From NCBI GenBank assembly GCA_030295235.1, contig AP026127.1:992001-1056000 (forward strand): a DNA stretch of 64,000 nt. The letters run 5' to 3'. The notes under the pieces were generated by a model. It was not told the origin of the DNA, ran no database searches, and saw nothing but the letters and a program-made list of their open reading frames with translations. Positions 22,858-35,250 of the stretch are shown piece after piece. This stretch comes from Fistulifera solaris (taxonomy: Eukaryota). Position numbers and translations under genes: made by a program. The stretch's first letter is position 1. Each line of letters starts with the position of its first letter.

Positions 22858-24453
22858 ATGGTTCTCCTACGATCCCAAGGACGTATTGCCTTCGATCACG
22901 TCCTCGATGTACTTTTGGACTGTGCCAATTCTCCGGGCCTTAAACTGTCCCTTGTTTCTCGTGGCTACACTACGCTTCCCAAACTGCTCTGTATCGACTA
23001 TGCTGTTATCGACTCCCTTACCTACGACGAAAAACCCGACGGTGCCGATGATAGTACTCCAGTCACGGTTCCAGTACCGCAAGCTGATAGGGACATGCTC
23101 AAGATGTTTTTCAAGTACATTGCCGACCGTTATCATCAGGGTAACCCTATCAATGATGATTGGACGTCGATTACTGCTGAAGAGTTCGATTCCTTCTGTG
23201 TACGGGGAGACATTATTGGTTCACGCAGCGGATACTCTCCTGCCCATACACCACGTCCTCCTGTGTATACCGGCAGTACGAAAACCCCTATGTCCCCTGC
23301 AGATGCCTTCCGCCGTGGCATCAAGCGCGATCCTTCACTCTTTCCTACACTCAAGAATGAAAGTTACAATGACTCTTGGCATCGGTCATTCGTGACTCAA
23401 GCTCGCGCCCAAAGTGTCAGTGACGTACTTGATGATCAGTACGTGCCTACTACTGACGATGAGAAGGAACTCTTCGACGAAAAGCAGAAGTACATGTACG
23501 CAGTCCTTGAAGCTACTGTCCTTACTGACCAAGGCAAGGCCATTGTTCGCAAGTACGAGTCTACCTACGATGCACAACGCGTTTATGCTGAGTTGAAGCG
23601 CCATCACCTACAATCTACTAACGCGCAAATGGAATCTTCCAGCATACTCTCGTACATCACTTCGGCCAAACTTGGTGACGGTACATGGAACGGTACTACC
23701 AATGCGTTCATCCTGAACTGGCAAGATCAAGTACGACGCTATGAACAGATTTCCGGCGAAGTCATTTCCGATAAACAGAAACGTGCATTACTTGAAAACG
23801 CGGTTAACGGCATTTCTGATCTACGACAAGTCAAGAGTACCATTGACATTGACACTGCGAAAACGGGAAAAGACGCTACCTTCGAGCAGTACTGTACTCT
23901 TCTCCTCGCCCAAAGTTCCCGTTACGATGCACAGTTTTCTGCGAGACCACGCCGTAAGGTTCTGTACCATGACGTTGTTCAGGATGACCCGTATGACGAT
24001 GACGACGCTGGTTACGAGTACGACATCGATTCTTCTGTGTCTGAGCTGTACATCAACGCTGCTGCCCGTCGTCCTGCACGCAATCGTCCACCCGGTATTT
24101 CTTCGACTCCACGCACTACTGGACCGCGTATGGCTCGTGAACGCTGGATGCAACTGAGCGACAACGCACGTACGATTTGGGACACTATCTCAGATAAGGA
24201 TAAAGCCATTATTTTGGGCCTGTCGTCTAACCCCAACTATACTGGTTCTGGCAGTCATCATGGTCCCCATTCGTCGAGTCGCAGTGTGCACTTCCATGAG
24301 TCTCTTCCTCCCGAGCCCGATCCTGATCCTGACCCTACGGTCCCTAGTGATGAGTTCCACGATGCACCACAAGACATTGATCCTTCCCAAGAAGCCGATT
24401 CGACACTTTTGGTCAATGCTGCACGTTCTGATTCGGCGACTCGATCCCCGTGA
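22858..24453 (+). CDS. gag: Gag of inner copia element
   Basis: FRRGIKRDPSLFPTLK..W..F..QARAQ, LFDEKQKYMYAVL, DAQRVY..L..H: CoDi-type gag motifs. Confidence 0.9.
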   Translation: MVLLRSQGRIAFDHVLDVLLDCANSPGLKLSLVSRGYTTLPKLLCIDYAVIDSLTYDEKPDGADDSTPVTVPVPQADRDMLKMFFKYIADRYHQGNPINDDWTSITAEEFDSFCVRGDIIGSRSGYSPAHTPRPPVYTGSTKTPMSPADAFRRGIKRDPSLFPTLKNESYNDSWHRSFVTQARAQSVSDVLDDQYVPTTDDEKELFDEKQKYMYAVLEATVLTDQGKAIVRKYESTYDAQRVYAELKRHHLQSTNAQMESSSILSYITSAKLGDGTWNGTTNAFILNWQDQVRRYEQISGEVISDKQKRALLENAVNGISDLRQVKSTIDIDTAKTGKDATFEQYCTLLLAQSSRYDAQFSARPRRKVLYHDVVQDDPYDDDDAGYEYDIDSSVSELYINAAARRPARNRPPGISSTPRTTGPRMARERWMQLSDNARTIWDTISDKDKAIILGLSSNPNYTGSGSHHGPHSSSRSVHFHESLPPEPDPDPDPTVPSDEFHDAPQDIDPSQEADSTLLVNAARSDSATRSP

Positions 24454-27400
24454 CATTCGCCGTATCTTGTCACAACCTTCTTCGAATCGTGCCAATCGTA
24501 CACGTAGTGCAAATGTGCACATCATGTACCGTGTCTCGAATGGACATACGGCATCGTCTCTTGCTTCTTTGGTCGACCGTGGTGCTAACGGTGGGGTTGC
24601 TGGTTGTGACGTCAGGGTCATTGACAAGGCTTTTCCGCATCGTCGCGTAGATATCCAAGGCATTGATAACCACCAAATGACTGACCTCGAAATTGGTACT
24701 GTCGGTGGTGTCGTTCATACCCACAAAGGACCGGTCATTGCCATCTTCCATCAGTACGCTCTCTATGGAAAAGGCCCTACGATACACGCTGCTGGACAAA
24801 TCGAACACTACAAGAATTTTGTGGACGATAAGTCTTCAGTCGTGGGTGGTACTCAATGCATTACTACGCTTGATGGTTATGTTATTCCGCTCAACATTCA
24901 GCAAGGTCTGGCACGTCTTCCTATTCGTCCATTTACCGATACTGAATGGGACAGTTTGCCGCATGTCTTTATGACTTGTGACGTTGAGTGGGACCCGACA
25001 GTACTAGATCAAACCATTGACGAGGATGATACAGCCTGGTATGATGCAGTCAGTACAGAAGCCGAGCTCTCGCCGCAACCATCTTTCGATGCCTTTGGTG
25101 ACTATCGTTTCCGCGTCAATGTCCAACATGCGTTTGTCCATGTCCCTTTTGACGATGACATCGACAACGTGATTGACACGTGCATTTACACTGTCCATGA
25201 AGTCGATAGTACTACGGCACGTGCAGGTGACCTAGTTCCTCCTGAGTTACCTCCTGGCGAGCCTCCCCCCATTCTTCCGGTCACTCCACGTACCTTGTCC
25301 AAACGTTCTCCCGACTTCGCGCGTCTACGTCCTTATTTTGGCTGGATTTCCGCCGACTTGGTCCAGTTGACCCTCGAACACACCACGCAATACGCACGTC
25401 TTCCTACGGGTACTCTTTTGAAACGTGCTTTCAAGTCTGCCAATCCGGCACTCAACGTTCGTCGCCGTTCTGAGGCAGTTGCGTGTGACATTGTGTACTC
25501 CGACACTCCTGCTATTGATAATGGTGCAACTTCCGCTGTACTCTTTTGCGGTCGTGATACTTACGTCACCGATATCTACGGTATCAAAACCGATAAGCAA
25601 TTTATCAATACACTCGAGGACAATATACGCGAACGGGGAGCCCCTACACGTTTGATCAGTGACCGCGCCCAAGTCGAAATCAGCAAAGCCGTTGTCAACC
25701 TTCTTCGTACCTTTTGTATTGATTCTTGGCAGCGTGAACCCAAGAACCAGCAACAGAACTTTGCTGAGCGACGTTTCCAGACTGTCAAGACCACTACGAA
25801 CCGCATTCTTGATCGTACTGGCGCTCCGGCTTCGACTTGGCTCCTTTGTCTACAATACGTATGCTTCCTACTCAACCATACGTATAACGAGACACTCAAG
25901 ACCGTTCCGATTCAGGCGCTTACAGGGTCTACTCCTGATGTCAGTGTCCTTCTCCGCTTCTACTTCTGGCAGAAGGTACTCTATATGCGTGACGATTATG
26001 ACTTCCCTTCTGAGTCTCCTGAGGCGATGGGCCATATTGTCGGCATCTCCGAGCACGTTGGACCTGCCCTCTGCTGGAAAATACTTACTTCGGATACTCA
26101 GAAAGTTATTTTCCGTTCTCAGGTCCGTCCGTACACTGACGACGATCCTAATTTGCGCGCCGCTCCGACTGACGGGGAGAGTTCGCATCCGCCCACACCA
26201 GTTGTACAATCGCGTACACCTGTTTTCGAAGTGGATCCTGATGCTACAGACGATATCAGTCCTCCCGACGCTGCAGTCCGTCCGAATGTACCCATTATTG
26301 ACGTTGAAGATCTTATCGGACGTACATTCTTAATGGATGAGGAATCGGATGGTCAGAGGTTCCGCGCACGCATCTCCCATCTTGTTGAAGATCACGAAGC
26401 CGCTGTACGCAATGATCCTACACGAGTCAAATTTGTCTGTGACATTACTGAGAAGGATACGGAAGCCATTTTCACATACAACGAGATCATGGAATATTTG
26501 AACCGTGACTCAGAAGCTCCACTGTGGAAATTCAAACGTATTATTTCTCACCAAGGTCCACTAGGCACTACTGACCGTGAGTACAAAGGATGCAGCTACA
26601 ATGTGCTGGTAGAGTGGGAGAACGGGGAGATTACCGCAGAACCGTTGAATGTTATTGCGGCGGATGACCCAGTAACGTGCGCCATTTATGCCAAGGACAA
26701 CAATTTGTTAGATATGCCTGGATGGAAACGCTTCAAGTCAATTGCAAAGAGGCATAAGAAGTTCGTCCGTATGATCAACCAGTCAAAGCTGCGCTCCTAC
26801 AATTCAGCGCCACGCTATAAGTACGGATTCGAAATTCCTCGCAATTATGCCCATGCAATGCGTCTCGATGAACAGAACAAGAACACTAAGTGGAATGACG
26901 CAGTGGCACTCGAGTTACTTCAGATCGAAGAGTACCACACTTTTAAGGACTTGGGGCATAAGTCGACAGTTAAGCCTCCCCCAGGATACAAGCGAATTCG
27001 CGTTCACTTGGTATTCGATGTCAAGCACGATGGACGGCACAAGGCAAGATTGGTTGCGGATGGTCACCTTACTGAAGTGCCTACCGAGTCCGTATACTCC
27101 GGTGTAGTGAGTCTTCGTGGATTCCGATTGGTCACCTTCCTGGCAGAACTTAACGATTTGAAGTTCTGGGCTACTGATATAGGTAATGCCTACTTAGAAG
27201 CCTATACTTCAGAGCGTGTTTACATTGAAGCCGGGCCGGAATTCGGTAAGCTCGAAGGCCATATACTGTTGATCAGTAAGGCACTTTACGGGCTACGCAC
27301 CAGTAGCTGCAGATGGCATGATAGGATCTCCGATGTACTACGAGAATTGGGTTTCCAGTCCTGCAAGGCTGAACCGGACATATGGTTACGCCCGAGTGGT

Positions 27401-28516
27401 GATGTGTACGAGTATGTCGCTGTGTACGTCGACGATCTTGCACTAGCGATGAAGGACCCTGACGCTTTCGTCAAAATTTTGACGGATAAGTACAATTTCA
27501 AGCTTAAGGGTACTGGTCCTATCACCTTCCATCTGGGAATGGATTTCTCCAGAGATCCTGATGGTACTTTGTGCATGTCCCCAAGAAAGTACATCGAGAA
27601 GATCATAGCCAACTACGAACGGCTATTCGGAGAGTCACCCAAGCAAGTAGTATCTTCTCCGCTTGAGAAGGGTGATCACCCGGAAATGGACACTTCTCCT
27701 TTCCTCGACGAAAAGGGCATAAGAGATTATCAGTCGCTGATTGGAGCTTTACAATGGCTCATCAGTATCGGTCGATTCGACATTATGACCGCTGTCATGT
27801 CTCTCTCTTCTTTTCGCGCAGCACCGAGAAAGGGGCATATGGATCGTGTTAAACGGATCTATGGGTATGTGTCTAAAATGCGTCATGCCTCCATACGCTT
27901 TCGAGTTGAAGAACCAGACTTCTCCGATCTCCCGAATTTTGAGTACGAATGGTCGCGCTCTGTGTACGGTGATGTCAAGGAAGCGGAACCCAAAGATGCG
28001 CCCAAACCTCTTGGGAACTTCGTCACATCAGTACACTTTGTAGATGCGAATCTTATGCACTGCATGGCTACGGGGAGATCTGTGACTGGAATTCTTCACC
28101 TTCTTAACAAGACCCCTATCGAGTGGTACTCCAAGAAGCAGGCAACTGTTGAGACTGCTACTTATGGTTCCGAATTTATTGCAGCGAGAACGTGCGTTGA
28201 GCAGATCATCGATCTCCGCAATACACTGCGATATTTAGGGGTACCGATTCGCGAGAAGGCCTACATGTTTGGGGATAATGAGTCTGTCGTCAACAGTGCT
28301 ACCATGGTACACGCAAAGCTACACAAGAGACATACTATGCTCTCTTTTCACCGTGTACGCGAGGCTATTCGCGTCAGGAATGGTTGCATTCTTGCATATT
28401 CCCGGGAGATGAACCCAGCTGATATTCTCAGCAAACATTGGGGTTATTCGCAGATATGGGATCGTTTGAAGGCGATACTTTTCTGGACTGAAGACACCGC
28501 AGAACTGAAGAACTGA
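24430..28516 (+). CDS. pol: Pol of inner copia element (protease-integrase-RT-RNase H)
   Basis: LVDRGANGG (PR); CDIVY / LISDRA / QNFAERR (IN D,D,E); KARLVADGH, TDIGNAYLEA, VYVDD (RT); FVDAN..GRSVTG, GSEF, FGDN, NPADILSK (RH). Frame differs from gag near 24440. Confidence 0.93.
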
Positions 28517-28668
28517 AGAGTACCAAGTACTACTTTGGGTTAGAGAGATATTTGTTTAGAGAGAAATGCATGTGTTAGTGATTAGGATTTAGGAAGAAAA
28601 TGGAAGACCTTGAGGCGAGAATGCGAGTCAGTTATTGCAGCCGCCCGTGCCTTCGAGAAGACGGGGAG

Positions 28669-29411
28669 TGACAATTTTCTTAGCAAGTTTGAGTCATGTT
28701 AGTGACTGATTTTCCATAGTATTTGTGTAGTCTACTACTTATACTACACAGAGACGGCGCATCGGTATTGCTATTTAGACTTCGACTGTCTATTTGAAGA
28801 TAGAGTCACTTGGATACCATTGGGAGTTATTTGAAGTTGCAGTTACAAGGTTTGGATACCGTTGAGAGTGCAACGTCGACAATTTTGCAGACGTGGACAT
28901 GTTTCTTCTCTTGCCACGACTGACTGTCACGTAGACCTTCAGTACATTTCTTACGTGTCGTAGCCAACCTACGGAAGCCTACGGAGCTATGTTCATTTTC
29001 TACAGGAATCCAGTACTTGTTTTCTTTGCCACCTCAGCACAAGTTCCTGAAGATTGGAGAAAGGTGTGCAATCATTTTCCATTAGAATAGGTCTCATAAA
29101 ATAAGAAATCAATCAATCTATACCGAGTTTACTGAGTCTTCTTTTTGTGGTGAAATTCTCAAGGTCACAAACCTTGCAGTCGATCTACATCCTTTGAGTC
29201 CAGGCAGGCAGACAGTGAGTAAGTAACAACAAGCGCACTGTGTGGTTGTCTTTGCTGATCATTGCAATCAAAGAGTGTTTGCGATATCAGTGCTTTCGTT
29301 TGACAGTTGATCATCTCATCAAAGAGTGTTGAGTTGGTTGATTGTTGTTTTTGCGTGAGATCATTCCGCATTCAATTCCGTGAGCTATCTGTGCGCTCGG
29401 AATTTCTGTCA
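28669..29411 (+). repeat. 3' LTR of inner element
   Basis: TGACA start after the PPT; ends ...ctgtca followed by TSD cggcg. Confidence 0.96.
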
Positions 29412-32400
29412 CGGCGGATCCGTCATGTGCCCCCCCTGCTACGAGGGCGGGCCTTCCGTGTGAAATCTGGTTTTATATCAAAAACCATGTGAACCCCAAT
29501 CTTGGTAAAACCAGCAGGATCGGAGCGTCTTCGTCAAGGATCTGAAACGCCTTAGCTACCGCACGCATCTCTTCGCAATCGCCTTCAAAAGTCAGTTCCC
29601 GTAGCGATCAATCGCCAATGCTTCTTCGACTGTCTTTGGCAATGCGATCCCATATTTCTGAGTAACACGAAAGTAGCGCTTAGCCATCGCTTTGATGATC
29701 CTGGTCCTTCTCTTGAGCTTGTAGGGAACCCACCATGAGAAAGCAGGCTCCTCAGCAATCTGTCTCGCAACAGCAAATTCCGCTAACTGTAAAGGGTGAG
29801 ACTGCTTTAGGTCTTTCAGTTTCTCCCAAGTAGTAGTGCCATCATTCCATAGACAACACAGTTTCCATCCCTTGGTAGTCCGCTTAGGATACTTTCGGTT
29901 GTTGTGGATCACGAATGCCTCTTCATGCGGAACCGCGTCGACTCTTTCTTGTAGTCCACTATTTCCTTTAGGACATAACTCGCACGCCCATGGTCATCGA
30001 CTTCGGCATAGATGGCTTCAGCGATCTGATTCGCATGATAAGCCTCCACTTCACCCGTATCAAATTCAATCTCATACAGAGCGGTATCGAGCAAAGGGTT
30101 AGGATGGTACCGGCCAATAGGATTCCCGTCTTGATCGTGCTTCCGACCTTTAACCGTACCGTCACGACATCGAGTCCCCTTGCGGAAGCATTACCCTTGC
30201 TGAGATATATTGATTGTATGAATCGTAATCAAACTCATCAGCTTCCTTAATCTCGGGAACTTCGGGATCTTGCGACTCGGTCGGAACATAGTATTCCAAC
30301 TCTGGGGTGCTCGTCTTCCGGTATCTCGGTTGGATCCAAGGGCATGGCTCGGTCCTTCAGCTTTTGCTCCAACGTCTGCGTGAACTTTGCCTTCAACTCA
30401 GCAACGGCTTGGCTATTCTGTTCCTCAACTGACAAAGGGAAAACACTTGTACGGGAAATCGGTCGACCAGAAGCGGGTAGGATCCTAGTACATAGGACAT
30501 CACCGACATCGAAACTGGGACCAAGGTATCTTCCAAGATGCTTCCTTTCCATATTTTCGTCTTGAGGCGAGATAAACCAAACCCAATCATACCAACCGAA
30601 CTCACAAATGTGTGAAATATCAGCGGTGTCCCCTGTCAAAAGCGTCTGCGGCACTTCACCATCTAACTGTCTTATGGAAAGACAAGAGTGGCTCCGAACA
30701 TACAGCGTGGTAGACCAAACATAGGTCCCATAGACAACGTGGGGAATTCGTGCGAATCATAGCACGCCTATACATCCTTTTCAATTCACGAATGCCGTCT
30801 TCAGCGAGGTTGGCGTTGGGCGTGTGCTTCGATCGGCCTAATGGTCGCTTGCACTTTCGTTAAGCCTTTCGCTTAAACTCTCCTGCTGTCAACTCTCCGG
30901 CATTGTCTGGAATTAAAGTGTGAGGGACTCCGACGCGACGAAACAAGTTGTCAAGCGTGTAATGGGCATCGCTTTTCTTTTCAATCGGGTCCACACATAT
31001 CCAGTGAAAGGGGGTGCAATACACAGCCGCATATTTGTTACCCAGCAGTGAGACACATGTACCGACCAGAATGTCGCAGTACATCTCCGTATTAAGCCGA
31101 GGATAACGCAGCTGGTACGCCAAATGGTTTGAGACGGCGTTCCAGAGACTGTCGAGAAGTCCCGAATTGCCCGTTGCGTCGTTCGCTGGAGGCGTTCGCC
31201 TAGCCGTCGATCCCTATACTCCATCGTTTTGCCAAATCTTCGGGTGTGACATATGCTTTCCGGTTCTTCGTTGAGATTGCGGCACTTGTAAGCAGCATAC
31301 GAATCGATGTCAAAAGCTGCCGAACCGCGCTCAGCTGAAATCACAGCAATCGAACGAGCTGGCGGGACAAACGTGCGCTCACTCGTAACCGAACCAAGCA
31401 TCCTCTGCCCCCCTAAAGCGAAGCTCAGAGTCAAGGGAAACACGCAATGAGTCCTCATCATGCGCGTGGTTAGAATCCATAGGATCCCAGAACGACTCGG
31501 AGGTGACGTTTACATGGATGCAGTCAACGTCCGAGCTCAGTTCTTTGTCGGTCGGTCGGCGAGTGGGGAAATATGAAATAGTCCCCATCAGTTTCAAAGG
31601 AATCTGGAGAGCTGGCTCAGAAAACAAAATAGAATGGCTCTCCGGGCGACGTTGTTCCGGGAGGTAGGTGTAGGAGAGGAGTTTCATTCACAACGACTTG
31701 GTTGTGCCGGTTGAGCGGGGCTGATCAAGTGTCGATGCATGTTTGAAAAGTAGAGTGACTGGTGAAAGAACAAAACGTGGGTTTGCAGCGTCGTGGGGCA
31801 ATCGTATGCAACCGCAACTGTACCAATGGGAACTTTGGTCACTTTCCCAAGAGAACTAATGAATGGTTCCACCGAAACTGTTTCGGCCGGGTATCATACA
31901 CGAGAACCGCGTCTTTACCGAACGAGCAAGTATCACAGTGCGAGTCCAATTCAGCTCTACCAGGAGTCTGTTGTCGCATTGCCGCCGCGAACTCGCTGCA
32001 CCGCCAGTCAAGGTCGTCGACTCATGCGGTTACCTGTCGACTCAACCACATCGTCACTATCGGAGTCAGCCGTCTCAACAGCTGAAGCATTTCAGCGTCT
32101 CGGACTTAGCCCTTTCACGAGCATTGCGAACTTCTTCCTGTTTCTCTTTCGGTAACTTGATCCACTCCTTCCATTTGTAGTACGGGACACCATCTTTGCC
32201 TCTCTTTGCTGTTCCGCCCTTTCCTTTACCAGATTTGCCGCTACCTTTCTTGTTGTTACCGCCGCCAGAATTTCTGGTAACCGAAGAAATGTTGCGAGTG
32301 GAACCACGGGTCTTTGCTGCATCTTGCTTCTTTCTATCAACCTGCTCAGCCAAGTAGTTCATCGCGTTTTCGAAGGTACTTTCCAACACAGCATCAGCCC

Positions 32401-33416
32401 GGACGCTCGGCGCTCATCTTTAGTTCATCTGCCCAGATGTTGTCTAGAAAGATTCGCACCTTCCTATCTTCAGTCATCACCTCACCCGCCTCTTCCAAGT
32501 CCAAGAAAGCCAAGTTAAGCTTCTGACAGTAGTCTTCAAAGGTAAAGTTACGCGCCTTTCCATCATAGAAGACTGTCGAAGGACTCGGTCAGCATGAGCA
32601 ATGTTGCGCTTCTGATAAGAACGCCCCATATAGTGAGTCTTCAAGGCAAAATAAGCGGCGCGTCCATCTTTGCTGTAAGCAAAGGCTTAACCCAATTCCA
32701 AGCTGGTCCACCGTGTGAAACCTGACGAATAACGGCTCCACAGCATCATATTGTCTTCTTCATACTGGTCTCCATCATGGCGAATGCGACGAACAAGTTC
32801 CGACATAGCATCAGGGACACCGAAACCTGGATCATCAACCCCTTCGATTCCATCGGGATCGACATGCTCCCGCACAAGGTGCGACAAAGGCGCACCATAA
32901 GCTCCAAGGTGATTGCTAAGTACCTCGTCAATGTCTTCAATCGTCTTCCGAGCGTTTTCCACCTTCAACAACACATCGATCTTAGGAAGATCTTTGTTGG
33001 TCTCAGCATGCGATGAATGCGCTCGCAAAGTCCAAGCGCGTTCCAATCGAGCAAGGGTTGCAAAGCCAGGAACAAACTTCGCGCTGCAAGCGGTGCAAGT
33101 GGAAAAGGAAGTAGCGAAGCTGACGAACACGGAGCTCAAGATTGACTCCGATCGCAATACCACGGTTCGGAATCATCGCAGGTACCATCGGTGCAGCCTC
33201 CGCTCCAACCGCAGGAGGGACAAAGGCTGGGTTTGGAATCAAACCCCCAGGGTTTCGAATCTTCGTAAAGATCTCCTGAACGTACTTATCACTCCGGTGC
33301 GTCCAAGTCGTCAAAGCGGTAATGCCTTGGCCATTGATGGCCTGACGAGCTGCCGCATCCTCAATAAAGAGGACATCACGGAGGTAGTTGTTGAATGCAG
33401 CAAGATTGGCTGCCAT
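29412..33416 (-). pseudogene. gag, protease, integrase and N-terminal RT of outer element, heavily frameshifted
   Basis: Many short minus-strand ORFs with CoDi pol motifs (TTKGWKLCCLWNDGTTTWEKL, EPAFSWWVPY, EFGWYDWVWF, LGRYLGPS). Confidence 0.85.
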
Positions 33417-34304
33417 CGTAAACAAGGAGAAAGGAGAGAAAGTTCACAAATCGGAATGCGAGGGAGATAAAAGCGAAGCGGCGTTTCTTTTCTTTTTTTT
33501 TTTGTGTGCGAAACTGCATCGTTGCTAAAACGTTTGCACGAAATTCCGACCCCTTTACTCTCCCTTCGAGAGTGTTGTTTACTGTAGGGAACTCCAGTGT
33601 AAAGCGCCAAAAGTGCCCTTATGTACGTAAGGCCATTGTACACACTAGGCCCTACAGAACAATCGTCCACACCCTCATTTAGCTCTGAATCCGTTCATAG
33701 TCAAAAAGACAGATCGGCCTAAACAGTATAGAACACGACCTCGGACAGGCCAAAATACACGCACAACACGATTTCACTTGCGCAACTTCTCGCGAAATCC
33801 GACGATGTTGTGCTTTGACCGCCTCTGGAGGAAAAAACATCCCTCCACCATGAGGACTTCGCAACAATCGGGTGAATAATTCACTCATTTATGTATTCTA
33901 GCATTAAAGGTGTATTAGCATGTATACGAGGCGTCCCCCATATTTTACCGACAAGTGACATAATCACTGTGGTCCGATGCATCCATCGACAGCGCCAGAA
34001 CTGTCAATAAAGGAAAGCAACGGTGCTTCATAAGCGCTAATTACCTCACAAACCCAGCCATCTAATCAAGACATATGATTAACATGATGACTCCATGGGG
34101 TCGACCTATACATAAGGTCATGATCTCACATTTTCATGTGGACAATTGTCGACTTCCGACAACGCCGAGATCATCTCCTTGACCACTCAAGCCCAACAGT
34201 TAGTAACACATACATAAGGAACATTACTCTTACGATATTACCATTGTTTTCCTGTGTATTTCATCGTTTCAGAGGGATTCATCGCGAAACCCCGGTTTTT
34301 AACC

Positions 34305-34393
34305 CGAAATAAGGCAGTGGTGTAAAAATTATGACTACAAGTGTTACATCTACCACGGAGGCTTCCCCGTCTGTACTACACTCGGTTATTTCG
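34305..34393 (-). repeat. 5' LTR of outer element (89 bp)
   Basis: Identical to 19335-19423; followed by TSD gagg at 34394-34397. Confidence 0.92.
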
Positions 34394-34480
34394 GAGGAGT
34401 CCGGAGTAGATCGAGGAGTCCAGAGCAGACTGGGGAGGAGTCGTCATCCGGAATAGACTGGAGCGTAGTCCGGAGAGTAC
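34394..34480. repeat. 19-bp minisatellite, right part
   Basis: gaggagtccggagtagatc gaggagtccagagcagact... continues the array at 19271-19334. Confidence 0.75.
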
Positions 34481-34923
34481 CGGTTTCCAGATGCATGATA
34501 GGTTCCTGAGGTTTACCTACAACATTCTGCAGTTTCGCATTCATGTATTTGGTCACTTTTCCGCCTTAGCTTTCGTAAACCAAAAGCATAAGCATTTCAA
34601 TGATGGTCATATTATTTCAGCAAAGCGCAAAGATTGCGGAAACTTTCATGAATCCTTTTTCTAACCTTTTCTCACAAGTAGTCCCCCTTCGTTTTTGATT
34701 TTGTTGCAGGATGCGCATCAACACTTCCATTCAAGAGAGAATGCTGCTTGCTAGTTGAGCTATATAGTGTGACCTTATTTAAAATAAATTATTGTGGGGC
34801 ACATGCGTTTAAGTAGCAAACTGACATCATCCCCTTATATTTGTTCAGCGCAAATCGCTAGCAATATACTCTTTTGAATCCATTCGATAATGTATCCTTT
34901 CCGAAAATATTCCGGAGCGTAGA

Positions 34924-35250
34924 TTATTCTTTGGGTGTCCCAAGCATCAGTTGCGCTTTTGTCTTAGCACACTTTTGCTTGCACTCCGGTAAACATTCCT
35001 GTCGCGATTTTTGTTCCGATCCTTTGGGTTTCGTGCAATCGTACATACAAACACTGAGGCATTTTTCGTAATTGGGATCCTTTTTCGTTCCCTTAACGGA
35101 AGGATCGACTTCTTTGGCGTACGCGGGGAGTGCGACCGTAGCGGTGGCCGCGGCAATGTGTTGCAAGAATTGGGCGCGTGTCGATGACGACGACCAGGCT
35201 TGCACGGACAAAGATAGGGCAGCGATGATAAATAATCGAAGAACGAGCAT
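34924..35250 (-). CDS. Small Cys-rich protein with predicted plastid/thylakoid-lumen presequence
   Basis: Signal peptide ending VQA-W, R..FL..AAATA..PAYA lumen signal, two CxxxCxxxC blocks. Confidence 0.75.
   Translation of the reverse strand: MLVLRLFIIAALSLSVQAWSSSSTRAQFLQHIAAATATVALPAYAKEVDPSVKGTKKDPNYEKCLSVCMYDCTKPKGSEQKSRQECLPECKQKCAKTKAQLMLGTPKE

Larger units (their letters stand above)
21122..29411 (+). mobile_element. Ty1/copia (CoDi-like) LTR retrotransposon, inner element, near-intact
   Basis: 743-bp LTRs TGACA...TGTCA; 5-bp TSD CGGCG (21117-21121, 29412-29416); PPT gagaagacggggag before the 3' LTR; gag and pol ORFs. Confidence 0.97.
19335..34393 (-). mobile_element. Ty1/copia (CoDi-like) LTR retrotransposon, outer element, interrupted by a second element
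   Basis: Identical 89-bp direct repeats; GAGG duplicated on both flanks. Minus-strand fragments in gag-PR-IN-RT-RH order: MAANLAAF (~33416), ELDSHCDT, TLIPDN, ADIGNAYLNA, LVYTDD, FVDADLAGD..RRSRTG. Confidence 0.93.
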
